From the NCBI GenBank assembly GCA_963696295.1, contig CAVOJR010000001.1, forward strand, positions 672,001 through 736,000: a DNA stretch of 64,000 nucleotides, in the 5' to 3' direction. The notes under the pieces are model-generated. The model saw only the letters and a list, made by a program, of their open reading frames with translations. It did no database searches and was not told the DNA's origin. The translations under genes and the position numbers were made by a program. Positions within the stretch are counted from its first letter, which is position 1; the number at the start of each line of letters is the position of its first letter. Shown piece by piece: positions 29,600-38,880 of this stretch. The stretch is from an uncultured Chlamydiae bacterium. GTDB taxonomy: Bacteria > Chlamydiota > Chlamydiia > Chlamydiales > JAJFMB01.

Positions 29600-30391
29600 T
29601 TACTTTATCGGATATTCCCTTGGAATCGCTGCCAATAATTTTTTTGTATAGGGGTCTTGCGGATCGGCAAAAAGATGTTCCACGCTGGCTGATTCCACGA
29701 TTTTCCCCCCATGCATCACTACTACCCGGTCGCAAAGATGTCTTACGACTGATAAATCGTGAGTGATAAATAAATAGCTGAGATGGAGCCTCTCTTTTAA
29801 CTCGGAAAGTAAATTTAAAATTTGAGCTTGAACGGAAACGTCCAGAGCGGAAACCGCCTCGTCGCACACAATCAATTCCGGCTCGAGGCCAAGAGCCCGG
29901 CCAATGCAGATCCTCTGCTGCTGCCCTCCTGAAAATTCATGCGGATAGCGGTCCATCACATCGGCCGAGAGGCCTACCTGCTCCAGCAGATAAGCGACCC
30001 TTTCCTGCTGCTCCCTTTTGGTCTTGACGATCTGATGAAACAGAAGAGGTTCCCCGATGCTTTCGCAAATAGTCTTCCGCGGATTTAGAGATGAGTAAGG
30101 ATCCTGAAAGACCATCTGAATTTTTTTGCGGTACCCTTTCATCTCCACCTGAGATAATTTGAGCAAGTCATGCCCCAAAAAGGTAATTTGTCCCGAAGTC
30201 GGCTCGATCAGCCGGATCGCGGCTCTGCCCGCGGTGCTTTTGCCCGATCCCGATTCCCCGACCATCCCCAGCACTTCACCCTTTTTGATTTCAAAGCTGA
30301 TGTCGTCCACGGCTTTGATGACATTGACCTGATACCGGAAAACGCCGGAATAGACGGGGAAATATTTCGTTAAATTACGAACTTTGAGCAT
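29600..30391 (-). CDS. oppF: Oligopeptide/dipeptide ABC ATPase (OppF/DppF type)
   Basis: GESGSGKST, YPHEFSGGQQQR, DEAVSALDVSVQAQI. Confidence 0.9.
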   Translation of the reverse strand: MLKVRNLTKYFPVYSGVFRYQVNVIKAVDDISFEIKKGEVLGMVGESGSGKSTAGRAAIRLIEPTSGQITFLGHDLLKLSQVEMKGYRKKIQMVFQDPYSSLNPRKTICESIGEPLLFHQIVKTKREQQERVAYLLEQVGLSADVMDRYPHEFSGGQQQRICIGRALGLEPELIVCDEAVSALDVSVQAQILNLLSELKERLHLSYLFITHDLSVVRHLCDRVVVMHGGKIVESASVEHLFADPQDPYTKKLLAAIPREYPIK

Positions 30392-31385
30392 TGCTTCTTC
30401 TCTCTAAACTCTCTTCGGTTCCATCATAAAGCAGGCACTTGGCGACATGATTCTCGGATAGGGTGAAATTCGGTATGCTCCCCGTTTTGCATTTTTCCAT
30501 CACAAAAGGACAGCGCGGATGGAAACGGCAGCCGGAAGGGAACCGGCTGGGCGGGGGCACCGAACCCTTGATCACGGGCAAGTAGCTCTGCGGCCGGTCA
30601 ATGCGCGGCCGCGATTCAAACAGCCCCATCGTATAGGGATGCGACATCTGCTGGAACATCCTCCGCACGCCGGCCCGCTCTACGTCTTGGGCGGCATACA
30701 TCACGATCACATCGTCTGCCATCTCGGCTACAACTCCCATATCATGGGTGATCAGCAAAAGAGCCATCCCTTTTTTGCGCTGCAGTTCCCGCATCAATTC
30801 CAGGACTTGAGCCTGGATGGTCACGTCAAGGGCCGTAGTAGGTTCATCCGCGATCAAAATATCTGGCTCGCACATGAGCGCCATGGCTATCATCACTCTT
30901 TGGCGCATCCCGCCCGACATTTGATGGGGATAGTCGTTAATCCGGTCCTGGGGATCTCTAATGCCCACTTCCTGAAGGGCTCTTATCGCCCGCTCTTCAG
31001 CTTCTTCGCCATACAAATCGAGGTGAAGTTCGGCAACTTCTATCAGTTGGTTGCCGATGGTAAATACCGGATTTAAGGCGCTGGAGGGGTCTTGAAATAT
31101 CATGCCTATCGACGCCCCGCGGATACTCCGCATCTCTCTTTCAGGCAGCTCCAGCAAATTTTTCCCTTTGTAAATCACCTCTCCCTCAGAAGGCAAGGCG
31201 ATGAGTTCGGGCAAAATTCGCATAATCGACAAAGCAGCCATCGTTTTGCCGCATCCCGATTCCCCTACCAGAGCCAAGGTTTTGCCAAGGTGCAAATCGA
31301 AAGAGAGCTGGTCGACCACGGCAATCGGCTTCCCGTCGATTTTCAGGCGGGTCGTGAGTTTATCGACTTTTAAAATGGGCGTCAT
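30375..31385 (-). CDS. oppD: Oligopeptide/dipeptide ABC ATPase (OppD/DppD type)
   Basis: [42 protein letters not shown]. Confidence 0.92.
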   Translation of the reverse strand: MTPILKVDKLTTRLKIDGKPIAVVDQLSFDLHLGKTLALVGESGCGKTMAALSIMRILPELIALPSEGEVIYKGKNLLELPEREMRSIRGASIGMIFQDPSSALNPVFTIGNQLIEVAELHLDLYGEEAEERAIRALQEVGIRDPQDRINDYPHQMSGGMRQRVMIAMALMCEPDILIADEPTTALDVTIQAQVLELMRELQRKKGMALLLITHDMGVVAEMADDVIVMYAAQDVERAGVRRMFQQMSHPYTMGLFESRPRIDRPQSYLPVIKGSVPPPSRFPSGCRFHPRCPFVMEKCKTGSIPNFTLSENHVAKCLLYDGTEESLERRSNAQSS

Positions 31386-32653
31386 AGGCAAGACACTAGC
31401 TTTGGAACTGAATCTGTGATAATCTGCGTGACCTCTAAATTTTGAAAGAGCGTTTCGATTTTTTCCCTGGAAGGAGACACCAGCTCAACAGAAGGGGATA
31501 ATCCCTGGATCTCTTCCACAAAAACCCTCACATCGCCCAATAGATACTCAAACCCTTTGCGGGAAAAAGAAAAGCTCAAGTTGTAACCGCTCAAATCTGA
31601 ATTCGCTTCTTCCATGCGGTCGTATTCCTTTTTGAATTTAGCAACTCTCATGTATTTATAGATCAGTACCACAGGCTTTTGCTTCCAATTCGTTTTTTCA
31701 TAGACCCTGAGTCTAACAAATTCCCGATTCCAATCATACTCTTTATCTTTTGGCTGGTAGAGGAAATCCTGAAAGGCGTACTCCCCCATAAATTCTGCGT
31801 TGAGGAGGGACAATTTGCTTTTAACCTGTTCGATGCTGCTGACAAACGCTCTTGCTTCAAAGCTCTGATTCCCATAAAACTCCCAAAGGGAAGGGTGAGG
31901 GAGAACATGGCCATGGTCATGGCCGGCGACCACTCTCGTTGTCCCGCCGGAATTCACCTCTTTTAAGCAGCTGATGAAAAGGTCGTCGTCTCGATTCGAC
32001 AGCACTTCATCGGGATTTTGAAAATGCACAATAAAATGCAATACCAGGCCCTTGAGACAGGCCAATGATTTGATCGGCTCCATCCCATTTTCCTCGTACC
32101 TTCTGGCAAAAATTTCAAGGTCACTATTCGATCCACGAAAATCGATAATTTCTCTGATCGACTTTAGCGGGGTGTCGAGAATGATCAATCCCTTTTGGAT
32201 CGCTTGCAGCATTTTTTGCTTCTCCTGGTGAAGAATGCCTATCTTTGCCAAAGATTTGTCAAAGCGGGAGGTGTTAAGCACGGTAAGGGCGTTGATAACC
32301 GCGCCTCCACCGGCGGAAAAGCCATAGAGATCGACTTCGGAATGCCCGTCGGTTACCACACATTTTTTTATGACATACAGAAGGGGGAGCAGCTCGTCGA
32401 TGGTGCCGAAAGTCGTGTTTTTTGCGCTTATCGCCCTTTTCTGAAAATCGTGATCGGGAAAATTAAAACTGATAAGAGACTTGTCGATCTTAACCGTTTC
32501 GCTGATCTGATAATTACCGCCCATCCCATGAGCCAGTATCATTACTTTGGAGCTTTTACCCTGCGTCAAGTGAAGATGCAAATCATAGGGAAAGGGGTGA
32601 TTTGCAAACGAGAGCTGAAACAGAAACAGGAAAACGGCTAACCATGGCATCAT
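31382..32653 (-). CDS. Secreted alpha/beta-hydrolase fused to a CYTH-like domain
   Basis: Signal peptide; LAHGMGG and GFSAGG nucleophile elbow; C-terminal FEARAF..QDFLY..FVRLR..LIYK..VEEIQGL...VEL resembles CYTH. Confidence 0.65.
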   Translation of the reverse strand: MMPWLAVFLFLFQLSFANHPFPYDLHLHLTQGKSSKVMILAHGMGGNYQISETVKIDKSLISFNFPDHDFQKRAISAKNTTFGTIDELLPLLYVIKKCVVTDGHSEVDLYGFSAGGGAVINALTVLNTSRFDKSLAKIGILHQEKQKMLQAIQKGLIILDTPLKSIREIIDFRGSNSDLEIFARRYEENGMEPIKSLACLKGLVLHFIVHFQNPDEVLSNRDDDLFISCLKEVNSGGTTRVVAGHDHGHVLPHPSLWEFYGNQSFEARAFVSSIEQVKSKLSLLNAEFMGEYAFQDFLYQPKDKEYDWNREFVRLRVYEKTNWKQKPVVLIYKYMRVAKFKKEYDRMEEANSDLSGYNLSFSFSRKGFEYLLGDVRVFVEEIQGLSPSVELVSPSREKIETLFQNLEVTQIITDSVPKLVSCL

Positions 32654-32654
32654 T

Positions 32655-33212
32655 TTAACCTATCTCCTTCAAAGACTCCTTGGTTCCGACGGGAGTGATA
32701 CGCTTGGGATAATTTCGATATTTTTGCGCAATTTGAGGTGGATTTAATCCTTCATTCAACAAAGCAATATATTTGTATAGCCGGCTTGGCGCAGGCATGC
32801 CCGCTTCAGACATGAAATCGGGATGGGGAACGTTTGCCATTCTCATGGCGTCTTTCACCAGATGAACACAGTTCCTGTGCATTAGATTATAGACGGTATG
32901 ATTGGCTATCCTTTCCTCCATCGCATTGATAATCGCTTCAGCCTGCTGCTCATCGACGGACCAGCTGTGGGAGACGCAAAAGCTGTAGCGGACCGCTTTA
33001 TTTCTCTTCATTCCGCCTCTGTTGATCTCATAGGATAAAACCTCTTTATTTTCATCTATCAGCTCAATCCAAGTATGACCCGTGAAAGGCGGGACAGGAT
33101 TGGGCGGATATACCCAAATCATCAGCCTGATGAAATTCCTTCCCTGAAACTCTGCCGGAATTGAATACCCCTCGAAGGAGAAGAGAATCAGGCAAAACAG
33201 TAGTTTTTTCAT
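32655..33212 (-). CDS. Secreted protein with permuted papain-like (PPPDE/DUF4105-like) motifs
   Basis: Signal peptide; GHTWIEL precedes YNLMHRNCVH (His before Asn-Cys). Confidence 0.6.
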   Translation of the reverse strand: MKKLLFCLILFSFEGYSIPAEFQGRNFIRLMIWVYPPNPVPPFTGHTWIELIDENKEVLSYEINRGGMKRNKAVRYSFCVSHSWSVDEQQAEAIINAMEERIANHTVYNLMHRNCVHLVKDAMRMANVPHPDFMSEAGMPAPSRLYKYIALLNEGLNPPQIAQKYRNYPKRITPVGTKESLKEIG

Positions 33213-33250
33213 ATTGCCATATTAGCAAAAAAAACTGTGCCTGCTCAAAC

Positions 33251-33277
33251 AAAAAAAAAGGGCCCTGAAAGGGCCCT
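33251..33277 (-). terminator. Rho-independent terminator of the Cys-rich protein gene
   Basis: AGGGCCCT-GAA-AGGGCCCT stem with an A run on the + strand (U tail on the - strand). Confidence 0.8.
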
Positions 33278-33302
33278 CGATCATTTTCAGCGTTACAGCC
33301 GA

Positions 33303-33890
33303 TTATTTTGCAGCAGGAGCAGCAGGAGCATTGTTCATATTGCAGCTAGGAGCAGCACCGCAAGGAGCGCATACTGGAGCGCAACCGCAGTCTACTGGGC
33401 AACCGCAATCACTACCACATCCGCAATCAGAACTACCGCAAGCAGGAGCTGGCTCTTCACCGCAAACTGGTTGGGTGAATGTTCTGTAAACGATGTAAGG
33501 TTGGTAGTAGCAATGTTTTTCGCAGTAAGATTTAGTACGATATCTAGTTTCGTTTACGCAATAAGGTTGTGGAACCATACGGCAGTGTGTAGTTTTGTAG
33601 TACTCAGGAACATAACGCACGTTTGTTTTTTCATAGTATTGTGGAACTTGTGTACAGCATTGTTTAGTTACAGTATAAGGCTCTTGGTAATATTTCGTTG
33701 TGCAATAATCTACACGACGATATTTTTTCATTGGGCATGTGCAAACGCAATTCCCTGAAGCGCGATATTCTTTGCATGTATCAATACTTTGGTCATGGTA
33801 GCAACCAGTATTACAACATTGAGCATTGACTTGGTTAGCCAAGACAAAGCTGCAGCAAATAGCTAATAAAGACAGGCCTAATTTTTTCAT
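33303..33890 (-). CDS. Secreted cysteine-rich protein with YTV-like repeats
   Basis: Signal peptide ending VNA; more than 20 Cys; PYTV/PYCV/PYIV and VP.YY repeats; DCGC repeats; GGAG RBS. Confidence 0.85.
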   Translation of the reverse strand: MKKLGLSLLAICCSFVLANQVNAQCCNTGCYHDQSIDTCKEYRASGNCVCTCPMKKYRRVDYCTTKYYQEPYTVTKQCCTQVPQYYEKTNVRYVPEYYKTTHCRMVPQPYCVNETRYRTKSYCEKHCYYQPYIVYRTFTQPVCGEEPAPACGSSDCGCGSDCGCPVDCGCAPVCAPCGAAPSCNMNNAPAAPAAK

Positions 33891-34299
33891 TTTAGACTCC
33901 ATAAGTTTTATTTATTAATACAGGTCAAGAAGCTTAAGTTTCCGGTCTCACCCACATCACCTGAGGAGGTGGGGCGCTACCGCCCGCCGCTTCTTTTCCC
34001 TTACTTCACTCCATATCGGTTTCCCCATTTTTCTCAAACAAAAAGTTTTCATTCTCATCTCATTAATCATAAGTTTGTTAAGTATAAGAATGCCTTATTT
34101 TGAAGATAAGATCGAAAATAACCCTGTTTAGGGTTCTTTTTTTTTGCAGATACTAAAATAATTTCTACACAGCTTAAATTCAAAGAGATAGAATTAGAAT
34201 CACCTGATAAATATTAAGCGTCAAACATTTAGCATCTTCCCCTTGTGTTATTTTTAAACCATAGACTATACTCCTGGATTTAATAGCTATTGAGGTCCG

Positions 34300-34974
34300 A
34301 TGAGAGCTCTGTTAAGTCTTTTTGGCCGATCCCCCTTTGCCCCGCTTCAGTCCCATATGGCAAAAGTGGCTGATTGCGTGCACTCTTTGCCCGAGCTTTT
34401 TACCGTCCTGGAAAATAAGGATTTCGGCAAAGTTGAAGAAATTGCCGCCAAAATCTCTCAATTGGAACACCATGCGGATTTGACGAAGATCGATATCCGC
34501 AACAACTTGCCTAAAAGCCTATTTTTGCCGATCGACCGCAGCCGGCTGCTCGAGATCTTATCTTTGCAGGATTCCTTGGCGGATGCTTCTGAAGATGTGG
34601 CGGTTTTGACCACTTTAAAGCAGCTGGAAATGCCCGAATCGATTAAGGCCGATTTTCAAAGTTTCTTAAAGAAGAATATTGAAGCCTTCGATATGGCTCA
34701 GCTCATCATTAAAGAAATGCATGATCTGCTGGAGTCTTCATTCGGAGGCGTTGAGGCGCAAAAAGTGCTGTCTATGATAGAAGAGGTTGCTTTTAAGGAA
34801 CATGAAGCGGATTTGATTCAGCGCAAGCTTGTCAAACACTTATATCAGGCAGAAGACCAGATGAGCTACGCCACTTTCCATCTTTGGCAGCGCATATTCG
34901 AAGGGATAGCCTCTCTTTCGAATCTATCGGAAAAGCTGGCCAATCGCGTACGCATGACGCTGGACGTTAAATAA
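34300..34974 (+). CDS. DUF47/TIGR00153 PhoU-like phosphate transport regulator
   Basis: LFGRSPFAPLQSH, LEHHAD, LFLPIDR, EHEADLIQ; directly upstream of a Pit transporter. Confidence 0.9.
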   Translation: MRALLSLFGRSPFAPLQSHMAKVADCVHSLPELFTVLENKDFGKVEEIAAKISQLEHHADLTKIDIRNNLPKSLFLPIDRSRLLEILSLQDSLADASEDVAVLTTLKQLEMPESIKADFQSFLKKNIEAFDMAQLIIKEMHDLLESSFGGVEAQKVLSMIEEVAFKEHEADLIQRKLVKHLYQAEDQMSYATFHLWQRIFEGIASLSNLSEKLANRVRMTLDVK

Positions 34975-34989
34975 TACTGGAGTAAACGA

Positions 34990-36411
34990 GTGCCCACAGA
35001 GACCATTATATTATGTTTGGTTCTTTTGGCAGGTTTTTATATGGCTTGGAGCATCGGAGCCAACGATGTCGCAAACGCCATGGGAACATCTGTCGGATCC
35101 AAAGCCCTCACTTTAAGACAGGCTGTCATCATTGCCGCCATCTTGGAGTTTGCCGGGGCTTTTTTTTTCGGATCGCATGTTTCCGAAACGGTCCAAAACG
35201 GTATTATCGATTCTAAGATATTTGCTTACAATTACATGGACTTTGTCTATGGGATGCTGGCAGCGCTCCTTGCCACCGGCGCCTGGCTGCAGCTGGCATC
35301 CTATAATGGGTGGCCGGTTTCTACAACCCACTCAATCATCGGCGCCCTGGTCGGCTTCGGCGCCATCATAGGCGGGGTGCATGCCATCTACTGGGGCAAC
35401 GTAGCTTTTATTGTAAGCATCTGGGTGGTTTCTCCCCTTCTGGGGGGAATCATCTCCTACCTGATTTTTACCTTTTTAAGAGAAAAGATTTTCTTCCGCC
35501 CCGATCCCGTACAAGCGGCAAAGCAACTTTCCCCGTTTTTGATCTTCCTGGTCTTTTCCATTCTCTCACTTATGCTCATTTACAAAGGGTTGCACGACGT
35601 CAATCTCTCTTTTACCTTTTTGACGAGCGTCTGGATCAGCTTAGGCATCGGCTTAGCCGCAGCGATTATCGGCCATTTTCTTATCAAGCGGATCACTTAT
35701 CCCAAGCTGCAAAAAGCGGACATGGATTATGACATCAACGTGGTGCGGGGGTTAAGCAAGGCGATCAAGCATTTGAACCGGGCTCAGGCCGCCTCAAGCG
35801 GAAAGCTGCAGGAAGAGATTTCCTCAATGTTAGGCGAGATAGAAGCTGTTTCCAGCCATTTGCAAACCCCCGATAAGTTTGAATACATCCACGGGGAATT
35901 TGGCGCAGTGGAAAAGATATTCAGCTATTTGCAAATCGTGACTGCCTGCCTGATGGCCTTTGCCCATGGAGCCAATGATGTCGCCAATGCGATCGGTCCG
36001 ATTGCCGCAGCCATCTCCTTCCTTTACGGGGGAGCTCTTACCGAAAACGAAACAACCGCCCCATGGATTTTGGCGCTTGGCGGAGCCGGCATAGTCCTCG
36101 GCCTCGCTACTTGGGGATGGCGCGTGATAGAAACAATCGGCCATAAAATCACAGAATTGACACCCACCAGGGGTTTTGCCGCAGAATTCGGCGCTGCGTT
36201 AACCATTCTTTTTGCCTCCCGTCTGGGGCTGCCTATTTCCACCACACACACTTTAGTGGGGGCGGTTATCGGCATTGGTCTGGCCCGCGGTATTGAAGCG
36301 ATCAATTTGAATACCACGCGGGATATTTTCATCTCTTGGCTAGTTACGATCCCGGCCGGCGCTTTCATTACGATCCTCTTTTACTATGCAATAAAACTCA
36401 TCTTCGGCTAA
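34990..36411 (+). CDS. Inorganic phosphate transporter (PiT family)
   Basis: Two GANDVANA signatures and two P(V/I)STTH motifs. Confidence 0.95.
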   Translation: MPTETIILCLVLLAGFYMAWSIGANDVANAMGTSVGSKALTLRQAVIIAAILEFAGAFFFGSHVSETVQNGIIDSKIFAYNYMDFVYGMLAALLATGAWLQLASYNGWPVSTTHSIIGALVGFGAIIGGVHAIYWGNVAFIVSIWVVSPLLGGIISYLIFTFLREKIFFRPDPVQAAKQLSPFLIFLVFSILSLMLIYKGLHDVNLSFTFLTSVWISLGIGLAAAIIGHFLIKRITYPKLQKADMDYDINVVRGLSKAIKHLNRAQAASSGKLQEEISSMLGEIEAVSSHLQTPDKFEYIHGEFGAVEKIFSYLQIVTACLMAFAHGANDVANAIGPIAAAISFLYGGALTENETTAPWILALGGAGIVLGLATWGWRVIETIGHKITELTPTRGFAAEFGAALTILFASRLGLPISTTHTLVGAVIGIGLARGIEAINLNTTRDIFISWLVTIPAGAFITILFYYAIKLIFG

Positions 36412-36442
36412 AATCGTTTTTCAACAATTTTAGAGGTTTTCC

Positions 36443-37243
36443 ATGAAATATTTCCTATTGACGGCGTCCTTGTTAATGTCTTGTTTTAATCTCAGTGCTG
36501 AAGCGGTGCTTCAAGCCACACTAACGGTAGCTTCGAATTCCCAGCGCACGGACAGTTCAGTAGAAAATATGGGTAAAATACAACCCGGCTCGCAAATTAA
36601 ATTGGTGGCGACGGTGCAGAATACCGGAACTGAGCCAAACGCCCCCGGAAAGATATCGATCCGATATATTTTTCCAGAGCCGCTATCGAGCCAGCCGAAC
36701 AGTATGCTTTTCCAGACAGAATGGTTGACAGTGCCGAGTATCACACCTGGGCAAGAGGTGGTAGTAAACTTTCCGACGGATCAGAATTGGCCATCGCTAT
36801 TTGAATTTATCCGCCATGATTGGGGTATGCGTCAATTTCAGGCGATAATGCCCGTTGATGGAACTGATAAAATTCTAGGAACGCTTTCCGTATTATTCTC
36901 AGCTTATTATTATCAGGGTCCGAATAAAGAAATTGGCACGCCGGTACCGGTGTTTAAACCTGAGCCGAAGCGGGAGCTGCGTTTGAAGCCTGCTGTGACG
37001 CGCAATGCGCAGAGACCGGCTGGATCGAAGCAGTTTGCGAAGCAGCGGGCGGCGGCAACGTCTGCAGTAGCTGGAGCGCCAACAGCGGCAAAAACTGCGT
37101 CAGTGCCAACTGCGGCAAAAGCGCCTGCGGCAGCATCAAAAGCAACCACAGCAGCAGTACCAGCAGCCAAAGCAGCGACTGTTCCTGCAGTGCCAGAGAC
37201 TAAAGCAATAGCCGCAACTGATAAGGAACTAGCGAGTAAGTAG
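36443..37243 (+). CDS. Secreted protein with CARDB/Ig-like domain and Ala/Lys/Thr-rich tail
   Basis: Signal peptide; PGSQIKLVATVQNTG and I.PGQE motifs; low-complexity C-terminus. Confidence 0.7.
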   Translation: MKYFLLTASLLMSCFNLSAEAVLQATLTVASNSQRTDSSVENMGKIQPGSQIKLVATVQNTGTEPNAPGKISIRYIFPEPLSSQPNSMLFQTEWLTVPSITPGQEVVVNFPTDQNWPSLFEFIRHDWGMRQFQAIMPVDGTDKILGTLSVLFSAYYYQGPNKEIGTPVPVFKPEPKRELRLKPAVTRNAQRPAGSKQFAKQRAAATSAVAGAPTAAKTASVPTAAKAPAAASKATTAAVPAAKAATVPAVPETKAIAATDKELASK

Positions 37244-37311
37244 TCGTCCCTGCTGAAAAAGTCCTCGCGATAATCCGAAAGTTGGTGGACCGACGAAGGA
37301 GGTTCGCCAAG

Positions 37312-38880
37312 TTAGACCTTCATCTTGGGATCGAGCGTGTCGCGCATCGCATCGCCCACAATCGCAATCGCCACCAGCAATATCACCAGCAATATCGCCG
37401 GGGGCCATAACAAATAACTCTCCCCGGGGAACGCCGTCCGCCCCTCATCCATCAACACCCCCCAAGAGGTCGACCCCTCCTCCCCAAGTCCCAAAAACGA
37501 TAGCGCCGCCTCGCTCGTTATCGCCGCCATCATCGAAAACGGCAGCAACGTCAGCAGCGGCGGTATCGCATTAGGCAAAATAGAATTAAATATGATCTTG
37601 CTGTCATTATAGCCAATCGCACGGCACGCCTCCACATAAGAAAGATTGCGCTGTTTAAAAAACTCCCCCCTGATATATCTGCTAAAGGTCGTCCAGCCAA
37701 ATAATCCAATCACAGAAATAACTAGAAAAATCGATTTGCTCTGCAAAATCGCCACGACTAACAAAAGCATAAAAAACGTGGGCATCCCTTCCCATACTTC
37801 AAGCAGCCGGCTGACAACGATATCAAACCGCCCCCCATAATATCCCGCCAAAGCCCCAATCGGCACGCCGATCAAAAGCGCAATACTCACAGCCGTTATT
37901 CCTACAACCAGCGAAATGCGTATGCCAAATATCAGCGCAGCAACCAGATCCCTCCGGTTTATGCGGGTTAGCTCAAACCAGCTGACATAACGATTCATAC
38001 TCTGCGAGCCCCCCGCATCCTCCTCCCAATGAAAGTCGCGGACGAGCGGCAACACCATATGCTTGACTTTTTTGCTCTCCTGCACCATCCATGCCCTCTT
38101 ATTGTCAACGTACTCAAACTTCGCCTTGGCCATCTGGAAGGCTGTGGAATTTTCAGGATTATTCTTCATCATCTTCTTGAGCCGGGCTTTCTCCTTCCTC
38201 GCATTCTGCACCGAGATATTCCAAAGTGTGGGCATCTCAAACTCCTGCATGCTCTCCAATTCCGTTAAAGCAGTGCCCTTATTTTTTTTGCGCCACCGCA
38301 CCTCAGCCGGCTTCATATAGGCCTGATAAGAAACCTTCAACCGCTCCTGCTGGTTCTTCAAGATAAGGTAGCGGGTGATCAGGTTGAGCTTGGCATAAGG
38401 CGTCATGTACTTTAAGTCAAAATCCCAGCTTGGCAAAACTCTTCCCTTTTCCTTAAGCTTCTCCTGAATTGCCTGCTGCCTTTCGGCATTGAGTTTGGGG
38501 TCTGAGGCGGGATCCTTCACGTTGCCGGAAAAGAAATAGAAAAAAGCCAAAAATTGCGCAAGGCAAAAAAAGGTAAACACCAAGCCTCTCGATTGTTTGA
38601 AAATAAAAAAGGCTATGAGCAAACAGGGCAGAGTAAACATGAGGAGATTGAAAAAAATATCCAACCCCTTGGTGAAAAACCCTGTATAGAAGAGATAGCG
38701 GAGAAGGGGAAAATAGTAAACCCCATCCCATTCTACCAACAAAGGCCTGCTCGAGGCTAATAATGGGGCATAAATGCCCGCCAAACAAAATAGGGCAATC
38801 ACAAATAGAGCCAGCAATCCCAGCTTGTGAGTGCAAAACCTGCTCCAGACTGCCTCCCAATATGTTTTTTGCATGCTCAC
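37312..38880 (-). CDS. oppC: Oligopeptide ABC permease (OppC type, extended)
   Basis: GIRISL, GYYGG..D, YVEACRAIG (EAA loop), EAALSFLGLG, GDAMRDTLDP. Confidence 0.9.
   Translation of the reverse strand: MSMQKTYWEAVWSRFCTHKLGLLALFVIALFCLAGIYAPLLASSRPLLVEWDGVYYFPLLRYLFYTGFFTKGLDIFFNLLMFTLPCLLIAFFIFKQSRGLVFTFFCLAQFLAFFYFFSGNVKDPASDPKLNAERQQAIQEKLKEKGRVLPSWDFDLKYMTPYAKLNLITRYLILKNQQERLKVSYQAYMKPAEVRWRKKNKGTALTELESMQEFEMPTLWNISVQNARKEKARLKKMMKNNPENSTAFQMAKAKFEYVDNKRAWMVQESKKVKHMVLPLVRDFHWEEDAGGSQSMNRYVSWFELTRINRRDLVAALIFGIRISLVVGITAVSIALLIGVPIGALAGYYGGRFDIVVSRLLEVWEGMPTFFMLLLVVAILQSKSIFLVISVIGLFGWTTFSRYIRGEFFKQRNLSYVEACRAIGYNDSKIIFNSILPNAIPPLLTLLPFSMMAAITSEAALSFLGLGEEGSTSWGVLMDEGRTAFPGESYLLWPPAILLVILLVAIAIVGDAMRDTLDPKMKV

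Noticed and set aside
34012..34050. Sigma28 promoter for the Cys-rich gene (CCGATAT)
   Set aside because: No matching TAAA -35 element at the right spacing.
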